Positions 1 through 12,127 of a DNA stretch of 64,000 bases are shown in pieces. Below the pieces are notes generated by a model that searched no databases, had not been told where the DNA came from, and worked only from the letters and a program-made list of their open reading frames with translations. Origin of the DNA: Spirogloea muscicola (taxonomy: Eukaryota); NCBI GenBank assembly GCA_009602725.1, contig WELB01000026.1:283990-347989 (forward strand), in the 5' to 3' direction. The translations under genes and the position numbers were made by a program. The stretch's first letter is position 1; every line of letters starts with the position of its first letter.

Positions 1-2908
1 GATAGTCTGCCAGGAGCAGAGTCGAACAACGACACCGAAGATGATATCAGAGCACTGGCGCATGCATTGGTACAGTACTGCTACCCAGCCAGCACAATCG
101 CTCGTCTTCGAGCAACTGTGGTCCAAGACCAGCCAAAGGCAGGAGTTGCATATTCGATTGTGCAGGATATCATACCACAAACCACAGCAGAGCCAGATGG
201 CAAGAAGGAAAGAAGGGACCCCAACAAGCCCAAGCCACCCGCTTCGACATTCCTTCTGTGGTGCAATGACCATCGCGGCGAGGTGATCTCGGCTGCATTT
301 GCTTTGTCACCTAGTCCTCCAATCTCATATTCCTGGCAGCTGACTCTGCCAATGTCTCGGAGTAACATAATTCTCCAAGGTTATTATGGAGCTCAAGTTT
401 TGCACAAGCTCCCAGACGCAGCTGATGGTCTGCTTGACATTCTTCACTGTTTCAGCTGCCTTGCTTCAGATAAGCTAATTCATAGTTGAAGCCATCCAAG
501 TTGTGTGTGCAAATGACTTTTGCACACGAATTCTTTCTCAACTTTTACTCTGCATCTGGCAGATCTCCAAGAAACACCCGAACGCAACTTTCGGTGAGCT
601 ATCGGCTGTTCTTGGAGAGGCATGGAAAGCAGTGAGTGAGAAGGAGAAATTGCCGTACGTAGCCGCAGCCGAGGTTGAGTCCACCAAATACAAGACAGCC
701 AAAGAGGAATACGAAAAGGTGAGCTGCTTAGCACTCTGAGGTTGATGGTCCTACATGTAAATGCTGATTAAGTCCGCAGACGAACGTGCAATAATCGGAT
801 CCTCTTCATCCAATATAGTGACAACACTATTTTAATAATCGGAGGAGAAAATATTATGTTGGGCTGCGGTGAATTTGAATTATTTACTTCATATTGTTCT
901 CAATGCTTGTTGGTATCCAGAATATTGCCTCAAAAAAGCGTGAGACTGATGCCCTCATAAAGCTCAAGGAGGAGAAGCGGGCTGAAGCTGCCATGGATCT
1001 CCTAAGGCAATTCGAGCTGCACCAACTTGTAAGTACAAGCGTCAGTGACTGCAAACTGCTCAGAAACGCAGAACTTTGTTGATGTTAGCCCACTTTAAGG
1101 TGTCAGGGACGCCAAGACCATTTGCACCCAACTCAATGCCTCATGCTAGTGACCTCTAATACTCCTTGTGCTGCTTGTCACAGGAAGCCCAGGAAATAGA
1201 TGGCAAGCCTAAGAAGTGAGTCAAAGCTGTCCATCCCTAGCTGCCCTATACTGGGTGACTGCCTTGTCCGCAGTTACTTGGTGTACTTGATGGACACAGA
1301 GGACTGTGGTTGCAGGAAGGAGAAAGATGACACCAAACCTAAGGCGCCAGTGACTGCCTTCTTTGAGTACTGCAAGCAGCGACGTACTCTTTTGGCCAGC
1401 GAAGGCATCAGCTTAACAGTGCCCGAGGTCTGTACCTGAGTGATACTATTCTATGCTCCTAGAACGGTGAACTCCTATGGGGCCTCCACCTTGCATCTTC
1501 ACCTCAGAATACTTTTCATGCCTGTGTTGCTTATCACGGATCTCAATCCCCTAATTTGAATCTGAATTAACAGGCGGGAAAGAAGCTTGGTGAAGAATGG
1601 AACCTGCTGTCAGAGAAGCAGAAGGCTCCATACGAAGAGGTACCTTGACTACATCATTTGTGGATTATGTCAAGTCATAATGGGGGTCAGCGTATGCAGT
1701 TGTTCTCAGCCCTCTCCAAAACAAGCAATTTACTGTACATAGGTAGCTGCTGCCGATCGTGCGCGATACACAGAGGAGATGGTGGTCTACAAGCTTCAAA
1801 AGCAGCAGGTGCGGCCCTTTCACTATACCTTCATTGCCAGGCGAGACAAGCACAACTCAAGTATAGACAACCTTCTCAGTAGCATCCCTGTTTGACATTT
1901 GCGAGAAGCTGTATATTGCATGGAGGTGGATCTCAATGCCCTGTGTATGCCTGTCAGGAGCTGGAGGCTATCAAGGCCCTGGTCAATGCTGCACTAGCAA
2001 AGGATCAAGAGGAAGCACGCCAGATGATTTGCCGTGAAGACGAGGAGCTTGCAAAGGTCGCTGCAAAGGCCACAACGGTAAGAGCTTCATGTGAATTCAG
2101 ACATCAACAAAGTACTCTCAGACAGGAACTCAGTGAAGTTTGGGAAGTAGCGATGCAACTTGACACGAGTAGGGAGGCAACAGGTAAAGAGGTCCAGCCA
2201 GAGTTGGCTTAGCTATGTGATGAGTGAATTAATGATTATCTCATTAATTTTCTCATTGTGCAGCTTGCCAAGCTTTCGGTACCCAAGCAGCCCAAGGTGG
2301 CATCCCGGGTACCTGACATGCCAAAGCGCCCGCCCACCGGCTACATCCTTTTCAGGTCCAAGACATAGAGAAGCAATCCTGTAGGCTAGCCGTTAGGTGC
2401 TCACTTACTCCTGCGTATTCTTCCATAAGAGCTCCTACTGTTGACATGCTGATCTAATGTATCGGTTTGACCATACACAATTCGTTGTGCTTGACAAAGT
2501 AGGATGATTTGACATTCTGTATGCCCGCGCGCCCACATATTGGTGCACCAGCAGCTTGACCTGTGCATGTTGCTCCTGCATGATAGTAACTCGGTGCGTC
2601 AAGGGCTTGCTGCTGGTGGCGGGGCAAAGCTATCCCTTCAAGAGGCAACTGGCATCATCTCAAATAAGTGGCAGGTACATACACCCCGGCAACATGCAAT
2701 TGAAAAGAGTCTGTCTGATCTATAGATCGGGCTGAACATTGACAGCCTGTGGGGTTAACCACATCAACAGGCTCTTGGCGAGGATGAGAAGGGCCATTGG
2801 GCACAGGTGGCTGCTCCTGCCTGGAATGACTACAAGGCTGCCATGAAGGCCTACCGCCTCAGTCACCCTGACATGTCGGACACGGAGTCGGTTCCGGGAT
2901 GCTCATGA
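1..2908 (+). CDS. 3xHMG-box (triple HMG-box) chromatin protein, multi-exon, 5' end outside the window
   Basis: GT-AG spliced exons give three HMG boxes: PNKPKPPASTFLLWCNDHRGE/ISKKHPNATFGELSAVLGEAWK..., DTKPKAPVTAFFEYCKQRR.../GKKLGEEWNLLSEKQKAPYEE and PDMPKRPPTGYILFS.../GIISNKWQALGEDEKGHW. Stop TGA at 2906-2908. Confidence 0.88.
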
Positions 2909-3837
2909 TGTGGAGGATGGGACAAGCGCGTGGGAGTACCTCATTCAACTAGGAGGTTCTGCGCAGCAGGATGAACTAGTCAAATTATTGCACAATGCAT
3001 CTCAAGCGTAGAGGCGCTCATAATTGCAGTTGCCGCCTTGTTCTGCTGACTAGCAGGCGTAGAAGCCATGTGGAGGTACAGAAAGCACACTTGCCTACTT
3101 CAGAGCTGGATGGGCAAAGACTACTTTGTCCTCTGAGCTGCTTCTTACTTCTCAATTGTAGATAATTAATTTATGGTGATGAGGATGGGTGCTGTGAGGA
3201 CGATGGCCAGCCTGAGTTCAGACGGCTGTTCCTTAGTAGCCTACAGCGCACATTCCCATCAGCTCTCTCATTAAGCCAGTTTAAAGGGTTGCTTACTCTT
3301 CTCGCCTGACCCTCCCGCGCATCAGTCCATATATTGCCTCAATGTGCTTCACTGCAGCAATTTAGGCGATGCTCAGGCAGTCCCTACTTACTAGCAAAGT
3401 CCTTGCCTGCAGTGGCCACTGCAGTTGTTAGTTGCGTCATTGGCAGGGTGGGGGGGGGTGGTGGCCACCACAAAGGAGCCGAAAGTGCTTGCCTTCTGGA
3501 TGGCGGCCGCTAGAGTGGGCGGGAAGCTTGTGGCTTAATGTGCTTCGGAAATATGTGACGTGCAGGTCGAAATATTGGAGAACGAGGCGCATCAAATTCA
3601 CTGGGTCCATCCTCCACGGGAACTTCTCAACCTAGAAAATTCTTGAATAGGTGACCGAGGCTGTCCGCACACGGTCCTCGCCCAGCGCGCCGGGAGCTCC
3701 CGATTAAGCGCCGCAGTCTCAAATGCAGAGCTTTCTCCGTGCCCAACCAGCATCGTGCCGTTGTGGTTGACTGATGCATCATGACTCAGCGACTGGCATG
3801 CACGCATGAGCTGCATCGGAGGGGCGTACTACACTCT

Positions 3838-6173
3838 TCACACAAAAATGACCTCCAGCCGAGGACATGGCGTTACTTCAAGGTATTGTCGCAACTGCGA
3901 GCTCGTCCGAAAAGACGCATTGCCAAAGAGGGCCGCCTTCTGGGTTGCGTATGCCGGGTAGATACGGAACACTTGAAGAGGTCCCTGACTCTTGAGAGCG
4001 TCTGGTCGCACATTGTGCCAGATGGGCTGGTATGTGTATGCGCCAAATGTGCGGACGACTTTGGCGCAAAATGACCTGAGCGTGAGGCCCTCCAGGTAGA
4101 GAAAGAAGTCTTTGAAGGAGAATTGCATGCGTTCGCGCACACGGACGTGGTACAGGATCCCCTTGGCCCACGACTCCCGGCACCGGCAGGGTCGCTTGGG
4201 CGCAAGTTGCAGCTCCTCTCGCTCCTGCAGTAACACTCTTCTGTCCAGGTCATGCTCGAGATTGACAAGTCTACAGCAGATCATGCTGGAGTTTGACCAG
4301 ATCATGTCTTGCTCCTTGCTTCAAGAACCTGCCGAGGACTAACTCTGCGACAAGGTAAAATTGCCAATCTGATATAAGCAGAGGTGTGACCTGGATGCGC
4401 GTGGCGAGAAGGATGCAGAGGCGGCAGGTAGAGTGCACGGCAGCGATGTCAGCGATGACCTTGAAAGAGTCCGACGGCCCCACGCGCTTCCACTCCAGCA
4501 TCTTCCAGTATGCATCCTGCCTCACCGGTGAGGCAAAGCATGCACCCGAGCTCAGTACATATGAGGTGGGGCTCAATGTGCACCCTGCAAGCAACTCTGC
4601 CCATAACATGCCCGTGCCCGCAGACCTCCTTTTCCATAGACTGGTATTATTTTTGGGATGCCCAACTATTGACATCTTGCCATCCTGAGCTTGTGCGCAT
4701 AAAGTCGGCCTGCTTATATTGCCGACAGTATGGCTGGGTGGGATGACAACAATGTGTGCCCTGCAAAGCGCTCCAAGACATATGCGCGGCGCTCATGTCG
4801 AACCGTGAGATCAACTCTGCAAATTTGCAGACCAACGCCTTAATGGCTGGGAGGTCTCACCTCATCCTTGGAGAGGCGCGTGATGGCCTCAACCACAGCG
4901 CGCGTGTCGTTCAGAGAGCGGTAGACGATGACCGAGTTGTTGCTGGGCGCAAAGTCCAGGATGTCGGGGGCACCCAGCACGACCGGCACCGCGCCCGCCT
5001 CCAGCGAGTGGTAAAACTTCTCCGTCACATACCCCTGCGCAGTGACGGCGGCGGGGGGCCCGGTGGGCCGAGCACGGGGTGGCGGGGCTCAGCTGCCGCA
5101 GCAGCTGCCTGCGAGACACTGGCCAGGACCGATGAGCTGCTGCTTGTTGGTGCGCTCCACAGGCTCGACTAGTGGAGACCAGGGAGGAGGCCATATACTT
5201 AAGGATTCCGGTCTTGCTGAGTGCTTGAGCGCAGGCACGAGGTCTAGACTGAATGTGAGCAGAGGATCGGACTCGGTTAGCTCAGCATTGCTCTGAGAGC
5301 CAGCTTGAAAGTCGTGGTCCAACGTTCACGTTTCAGTGTCCACAGTCTAGGGATCAACATCTACAAACTCAGGGTTAACGATGAAGGACTCTAGGGCCGG
5401 AGGATTTGGGATTTAGGGTTTAGGGCTATAGGGTTCGGGGCTAGGAAGGCCTCGGCTGCGAACCTCCTCGCAGGAGTTCTCGAAGGCGAGCGAGAACTTG
5501 TAGCGTGACAGGACGCCCCGCTTGTCAGAGCCATCGGCGTCGCCCACGTTGTGCCGGCAGCGCCCGTAGGAGTCGAAGGCCAGGCCGGCGGCGGCCAGCG
5601 CGTCCAGCGCCTGGAGGCGCCAGTTGGCGGCGTCGCAGTTGCTCACGAAGGCGGCGGCGGGGGCCAGCGCCGCGTCCTTGGGCCGGCGCGGTGGCGCCAG
5701 GAGGTCGAACTCCGCCCACGACGCGTACGGCAGCGGGACGTCCGTCGCCAGGCCCGGCGCCATGAGCAGGTCGTAGCCCGCGGCGGCGGCGGCGGCGAGC
5801 GTGGCGGCGGGGTAGTACCCCGCCGGCTCGGCCGTCCTCAGTACCACCGCCTGGCCCGGCGCCTCCCGCGCCNNNNNNNNNNNNNNNNNNNNNNNNNNNN
5901 NNNNNNNNNNNNNNNNNNNNNNNNNNNNNNNNNNNNNNNNNNNNNNNNNNNNNNNNNNNNNNNNNNNNNNNNNNNNNNNNNNNNNNNNNNNNNNNNNNNN
6001 NNNNNNNNNNNNNNNNNNNNNNNNNNNNNNNNNNNNNNNNNNGGCGCCGCCGTCGTCGAGCTGCCCGCTGCCCTGGCCCCGCCGCTGCGCCAACATTGCG
6101 CCGCCGGCGCCGCCGCCGCCGGCGGCGGGGCCGGAGGAAGGCTCTGCGCAGGGCCCAGATTCTTCGTGGCCAT
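3838..6173 (-). CDS. Core alpha-1,3-fucosyltransferase (GT10, FUT11/FucTA-like), multi-exon, interrupted by N-gap
   Basis: GT10 motif AAAFVSNC...[36 protein letters not shown]. Also [17 protein letters not shown], and the plant-type C-terminus ...VFRIYP...[11 protein letters not shown]. The start ATG at 6173 is tentative. Confidence 0.9.
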
Positions 6174-6372
6174 CTGGCAGTGCTCGATCGAGACCGTGAC
6201 TCGGTCTGCAGTTCCTCGGAGGCCCCCAGGAAAATTAAGCGCATCTGATTAGACTTGCCGCAGACTATGCTTTGCCATGTGGTGGATACTTCTGTGTCAC
6301 CTGCGCAGGATCTATGTCGTGTATGGCTCACTTGCTAGCACCATCCTGAAGAACCGGTGCTTTGACAGGAAA

Positions 6373-6478
6373 AGCCCAAGGGAAGCGCAAGCGCGGCCAG
6401 ATTAACTGGTGGCTGGGAGAGGCCAGCCCAAAGGAATGGACAAGGTCTGAAGGAGCCGGAGTGGGGAGCCCAAGGGAA
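6373..6478 (-). mobile_element. 5'-truncated non-LTR retrotransposon 3' end (subfamily B) with 12-bp TSD
   Basis: Matches the B-type 3' end found at 59660-59760 and 60235-60330. Flanked by the direct repeat AGCCCAAGGGAA at 6373-6384 and 6467-6478. Confidence 0.8.
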
Positions 6479-7274
6479 ACAGACGAGGTTCACGGGGATC
6501 GCCCAACATTGACAGGGACCCGGCATAAATCATCAACTCAACGACTCGATCAACAAACGGGAGGACGCCTTCTGCCTTGCCAACTCACATGCCAGGCTGC
6601 AGCTACAAGAGCAAGCAGTTTAGCGAAGCAATCTAAGTGATGGCGATGTAAGATTAGCGCAGCAAAGTGAATGATGGCAATGACAAACATGTGCTTGTGG
6701 GGTTCCTCAATCGTTGCCCCTCCCAAACGACGATATGTTGCAAATCTTCCCACTCTGATCAGTGCAGCCTTAAGCCTAAGACAAAGCAAAAGCAAAGGGT
6801 CTAATACTAGTAAAGCACTAGTGATAGATGACCTGGACTACAAGAGGATTGCAGAGCAATCAAGGACAATGGAAAACAATGGCTACCATTATGTGCTGCC
6901 TAATCTGTGCTGCTGCACAGCTACTGCAGCGACAAAATCTACAAATGACCTGATCAATAGCTGATTATCAAGAATGCATATACTCCATCACCAATCAGAT
7001 CATCTGCATACAACAACCCATGCAACAATCCGTTCAGTGCCGTTCGAATGTTGCGAGATAAACAACATCTCTGTGAGGGCAGCACAAAGCGTGCAAGTAT
7101 GTACACGAAATTGAAGGAAGCAATTGCGTCAGGTCATCGACAATATCATTGGCTTGAACACAGGATTGCTTTATAATCACGAAGGAGCATCTCAAGATCA
7201 GATATACCAGCCATGTGATTTCTCCTTATAATAAACGTCAACTTCTTGCCCAATCCAAGGAATCTAGTATCCAA

Positions 7275-10200
7275 TCACCTTGTGGCTGCCGGTTGAGCCT
7301 TCTGAAGGCTGGCCAGCTCTTCAATAAGCTTGCGTTCGTCTCCACTTAGCCGCTTTGGTATTTCGACCTGCACCTTGACGAGCTGGTCGCCCCTCTGGCT
7401 CGACTTGCCCAGGTATGGTACTCCCCTCTTTGCCATCACGAGCGTTGTACCAGGCTGCACCGGATATGAGGTGGCTGATGACAACTTCAGAGCCATGGTA
7501 CAAGCAAGGTACTGTCCAGGTCCCACGAAGTCTACACGGTGACGAAACAGATGCACATTCCTAGCTTTCTACTTGATTCACGCCTACATAATGCTTGTAT
7601 CTGTCCTTCTCCAATACACATGCCAGAAGGAGAGCCCATACCCTCTACCTATTTCACAAAAGCAGATGCTTTACCTTTTGACCCTTCTAAACAATGAAGA
7701 ACAAGCAGATATTAGGTTGGCCCTTTACCTGGGTGCCAGCTGGTATTCTCAAGTCCACGTCCCCGTCGACGGTGGGAACTTTACTTGTAGAGCCCAGGAT
7801 GGCGTCGAGGTACGACACTTTCACGGTGTACAGAATGTCGTTGTTGTCTCGCCGCAGCTGTGGGTCGCTGAGCACGTCAATGAAGACATAGAGGTCCCCA
7901 GGCGGCCCGCCTTTCCGACCAGCGCTGCCTTCGTTGCGCACCCGCAATCTACTTCCAGCATCAACTCCTGCAGGAATCTGGCACAACAGAGACCAAGCAG
8001 AACAGATTCACTTCACAGAGGCAGGCAATCGGTCCAGAACCTCTGAAAAGTCAACCAGTACAATAATGTCAATCAGTCCAGAACCTCTAAACAGTCAACC
8101 AGTACAATAATGTCTCAAGTAAGTCTTGTCACAAGTTTGCGAAGGCAATGCTTGTATTCCTCAAGTCATATTGCATGCATGCAATCCTTGATGCTAGGCA
8201 GCCAGTAAAAGAGCAAAAAGCTACTCCTGGCATGATGGCACGTGCTTCCTGCCAATGTCCCCACTCAGTGAATTGGAGAGAACGTGGCTAAGCAGAAGGG
8301 GCCAAGACCTTGAGATTTATGCGCTTTGTCTTCCTGACACGGCCATCTCCCCCACATGTCTGGCACGGCGTTGTCTTCTCGCCGCTGCCGCCGCAAGTGG
8401 AGCACGTCGACACCTGCTGGAAGCTGCCCAAGGGAGTCTGGGCTGTGGTCAACACCTGCGCAGAAAGACAAAAACAGCCAAATATTTCTCAAATCATGAC
8501 CAAGACTCCAGCACTGTACTTTTCTCACAAGGCTCTATAAGAATGTTTGCGAGTCGAGCAATGAGGAGCCGTGAAAAGCTGAAACTGTACCTGCCCTTGG
8601 CCACCACACTGAGTGCAGGTCGTGGCGGTTGTCCCAGGCTTGGATCCCGAGCCACTGCACGTCTCACAGGACTCCAGCCGCTGCACCTCCAGCTCCTTGT
8701 CCACGCCAAAGATTGCATCCTTGAAGTTGATCGTGAGGTCATAGCGCTCGTCGTCCCCAGGCTGAGCCCGGTTCCTTGCCTGACGCGATCCCATGCCCCC
8801 CATACCTCCCATGCCGCCCATGCCGCCGAAGAACGTCTCAAAAAGGTCAAACGGATTGTTGAAATCCTGCAAAATGGATCAAGCAGACTCGCCACTGGAT
8901 CAGAACGCACTCGTCTGTAGCAACTCTTACTGCAAGAAATGTGCGAGCTGCCCCCTCCCCCCTCCCGGGCTGTTAAACGGATGGTAACTGTGCATCTGAT
9001 GGTGTAAATAATGTACGTGCATGGGTCATATGCTGCTGCTCCTGCTGTATGACATCATACTCACCATGCCTGGACCTCCGGCTCCACTACCCTTCAGACC
9101 TGCTTCTCCAAATCGATCATATATTGACCGCTTCTCATCGTCTGAGAGCACCTGCAATGACACCAATAGCATGAACGCATGTCAAAAGGAAGACTTGGTG
9201 GTATGGACAGGCAGTGCGTTATCTTCTCTGGCTTCGTGTGCCGCCTTTTAGCAACAAGGCTGTTACTCTCACACAGAGACTGTGCACTGTAGGCTGAAAT
9301 ATTGTTGGCGATTGGTTGAGGTACGTTTCTTTAGCATATATTGGGACATTCTGGCAATACAGGTTAGCTGGCAAAGGAAGCCCTAAGTGCTTCACCTCTG
9401 CCACATCCAGTCCCGCTTACCTCATAGGCATTGCTGATATCTTTGAATTTCTGCTCTGAGCCGGGCTCCCTGCACACACAGCAACCACAGTATGTCTGGC
9501 TTGCTCAATGATGGAATCTCCTCAATCAAACTCCACATCTCTTTCATCTGCTGCCTGAATTCTCAAGACCATTACTGAGCCATTTGCATACTCCCTCAAC
9601 CAACAAAGAATATAGCCTCGATAATAGGAAAACCAAAGCAATCAATCAAAGTCTTGAGTGCGAACAAGCAAAATCAAGCACGATGCAAAGACCCAGTCTA
9701 CAGACTTACTTGTTCACGTCTGGGTGGTATTTGCGCGCCAGCTTCCTGTATGCTGATGCAATAGTGGAGCTTGCAACCATCAGGGTTTTTGCAACAAAGG
9801 CACCACAGGAGCAACGACAAAGACGTTGCTTTCACACAGCAACCCATGGCTCCAAAGTTGCTGGATAAGACTCATATGTATGCCAACACAGAGAGCAGCA
9901 CTTACCACTCTTGATCTCCGTCTTGTCCGCGTTTTTGCCAACACCCAAAACCCCATAGAAGTCCTGCAATATCCAGGTTTGTTACAGGGCATCAGCATAG
10001 ACTGAAGGAACTTTGCAACCCATGCACATCTAAACTGTCAATTGCCTAGTACAGACACTGATTTCTGTCACCAATGTAGCACTCAGCTGCAGCAGCAAAG
10101 ACTGGCTGGTTTCAGCTCCACAAGCCAGCAAAGGCTTCCATTGCCTATTTCAAGAGGGCTGAATATCACCAAGAAGCATCTCAGAACTGCAGACATGGAT

Positions 10201-10339
10201 GTGGACAGGCCGCAGCTACTGGACTCACCGCATCAGCCCTGACGACAAGGCCTGCCGCTCTTCCTCTGGCCCGCTTGACAGCGACGGATTGTGACCTCAA
10301 CGCCGTGCCTCTTGTGAAGGTGCTTGATGGGCTCGCCAT
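7275..10339 (-). CDS. Chloroplast type-I DnaJ/Hsp40 (DJA-type), multi-exon; may extend further 5' (to about 10740)
   Basis: Transit-peptide-like ...GLVVRADA, J domain DFYGVLGV...[16 protein letters not shown] region ([18 protein letters not shown]), CxxCxGxG zinc repeats, and C-terminal [13 protein letters not shown]...[17 protein letters not shown]. Confidence 0.92.
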
Positions 10340-11129
10340 GCAGTGCAGGCTGCGCCACAGCACAGCAAACAAGTTGTCAGCAGGCAGTGGAGGAGCGCAA
10401 GCTCAGACTTACCCGCATTCTCCAGTGCGGACTGAGCGGCAGCAGTGTCACGGCTCACTTGCTGTCAGCCATCTGACAGGATTACCACCCATAGCCACCA
10501 CAACGGTGATCTCATGGTGCCACCAGCGGACATTTGTTAGCTAAACAACGCCTAGGCTACCCGCAAGCGGCCAACATTGACTCCCGATCGAAAGGCAGCG
10601 AAACAGCCACCGTGTAACAAGGCAAGCGTTGCTCCTGATGGACAGGGCTGACTGACTGACGGATTTCGTGAAGCGCTGCCGCGAGGCACGACTGGAGCAT
10701 CAACGTCAGAGCGGGAGAGGCCCTGCACCTCCTGATGGGACACGGCTGCGACGACGATCCGAGGTGCCTGGGGCCGGCGGAGGCCGCCTGCCCTGCGACG
10801 GCGGCCGGCTCTGGGCGGCCGCCGCGAGGCCGCTCAGNTGGCGGCGGAGGCGGCGGCGATCGCGGCGGGCTTCGCGGGCGGGGAGGGAGGGGGGAGGGGA
10901 GAAATTGTGATTTTGTCAGCGGGTGACTCAGTTGGCCCGCCCGGTTCCAGAGGGCAGAGAATGGATCACCGATTTGTGGCGTTTTGGGGGGGGAGCACGG
11001 GCCCGAACCCTGAACCCTGGCCCCGGCGGAAGCTTCTCGACCAGCCCGGCCAGGAGGGCCGCCGCGTGGACACTGCGATCTCCTTGGGATGCGTGTCATC
11101 GACCGTGGTGGACGGGGAGCAGAAGAAGA

Positions 11130-11800
11130 AGAGTTGTCGCCTCAGGTTTGGATCTACTGACTAGAGGTTACTGCGAGTCCGCTTGCTGCTGTCTCAGTCC
11201 TTCGCACTCCGGCTCCATCAGACCTTGTCCATTCCTTTGGGCTGCCCTCTCCCAGCCACCAGTTAATCTGGCCGCGCCTTTTCTTTGGGCTGGCCTCTCC
11301 CAGCCACCGCTTATTCTGGCCGCGCTTGATTCTTTGAACTGTCTCTTGATTTTGTGACACTTTCCCACAAACAGCTCGTCCAAAGAAGGCGAGGGTTGTG
11401 AAAAGCCACCCAGCAAGAATGGAGAAAAGTCTAAAAGGCCGACTGGCGTCGTAGTACACAGCTATGCAAGTGGCTTACGACACATAGGGGCTTAGTAACC
11501 CCGAGTCAGCAGCCGCAAGTCGGAGTACTTTGCAGCTAGAAATGAGAAAGGGGCTCGTCTAAAGAAAGGGCTCGCCCACTGACGATAGGGGCTGGAAAAG
11601 CCAGCCTAAAAAAGAAGGAACAAAGTACGAGAAGGGGGCCAGGGGAAGCGCTAAGTAAAACAAGCACAACAACGAACGAAGCAGCTACGTATTAACCAGT
11701 AACCCCTGCTAAACAGCCTCTGGTCAGAGAAGCTAGGCTCCTCGTCTAAAGGGAGCAAAGGGCTGTGAGAAGCCCTCGCCCCCTTTGAACCTTTTCGTGT
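11130..11800. mobile_element. Cluster of nested or tandem 5'-truncated retrotransposon 3' ends (B on +, A and others on -)
   Basis: DLLTRGY coding end near 11155 (+) and YSDLRLLTRGY* near 11490-11528 (-). The A copy is flanked by TSD CTCGTCTAAAG (11554-11564 and 11741-11751). Confidence 0.8.
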
Positions 11801-12127
11801 GCCGCTGCACCACAGGCAGTCAGTAGATACGTTGGTCACTCTCACTCGTCATGTCCATTGTCCCCTACGGATTGTCGGTATTGAGGCTTCCGATGCTTTA
11901 CTCTTTGCTGCACGTCCCTGGACCAACCGAGATTTGGAGGAAGTAGGCACCTGCATGAGGCAGAATACATTCACCTAGACCCTTGACCCTTTGAGGGTAT
12001 TGCCTGCACAAATCCTTGACAATCAAGTGATGTCACACCTACTGACTGTGCACCACCAAAGCCCCACAAGTTGATTACTGTGACCATCTCAGACAAAGCT
12101 TCTGTGCGTGGACGAAATGCTCGTGTC

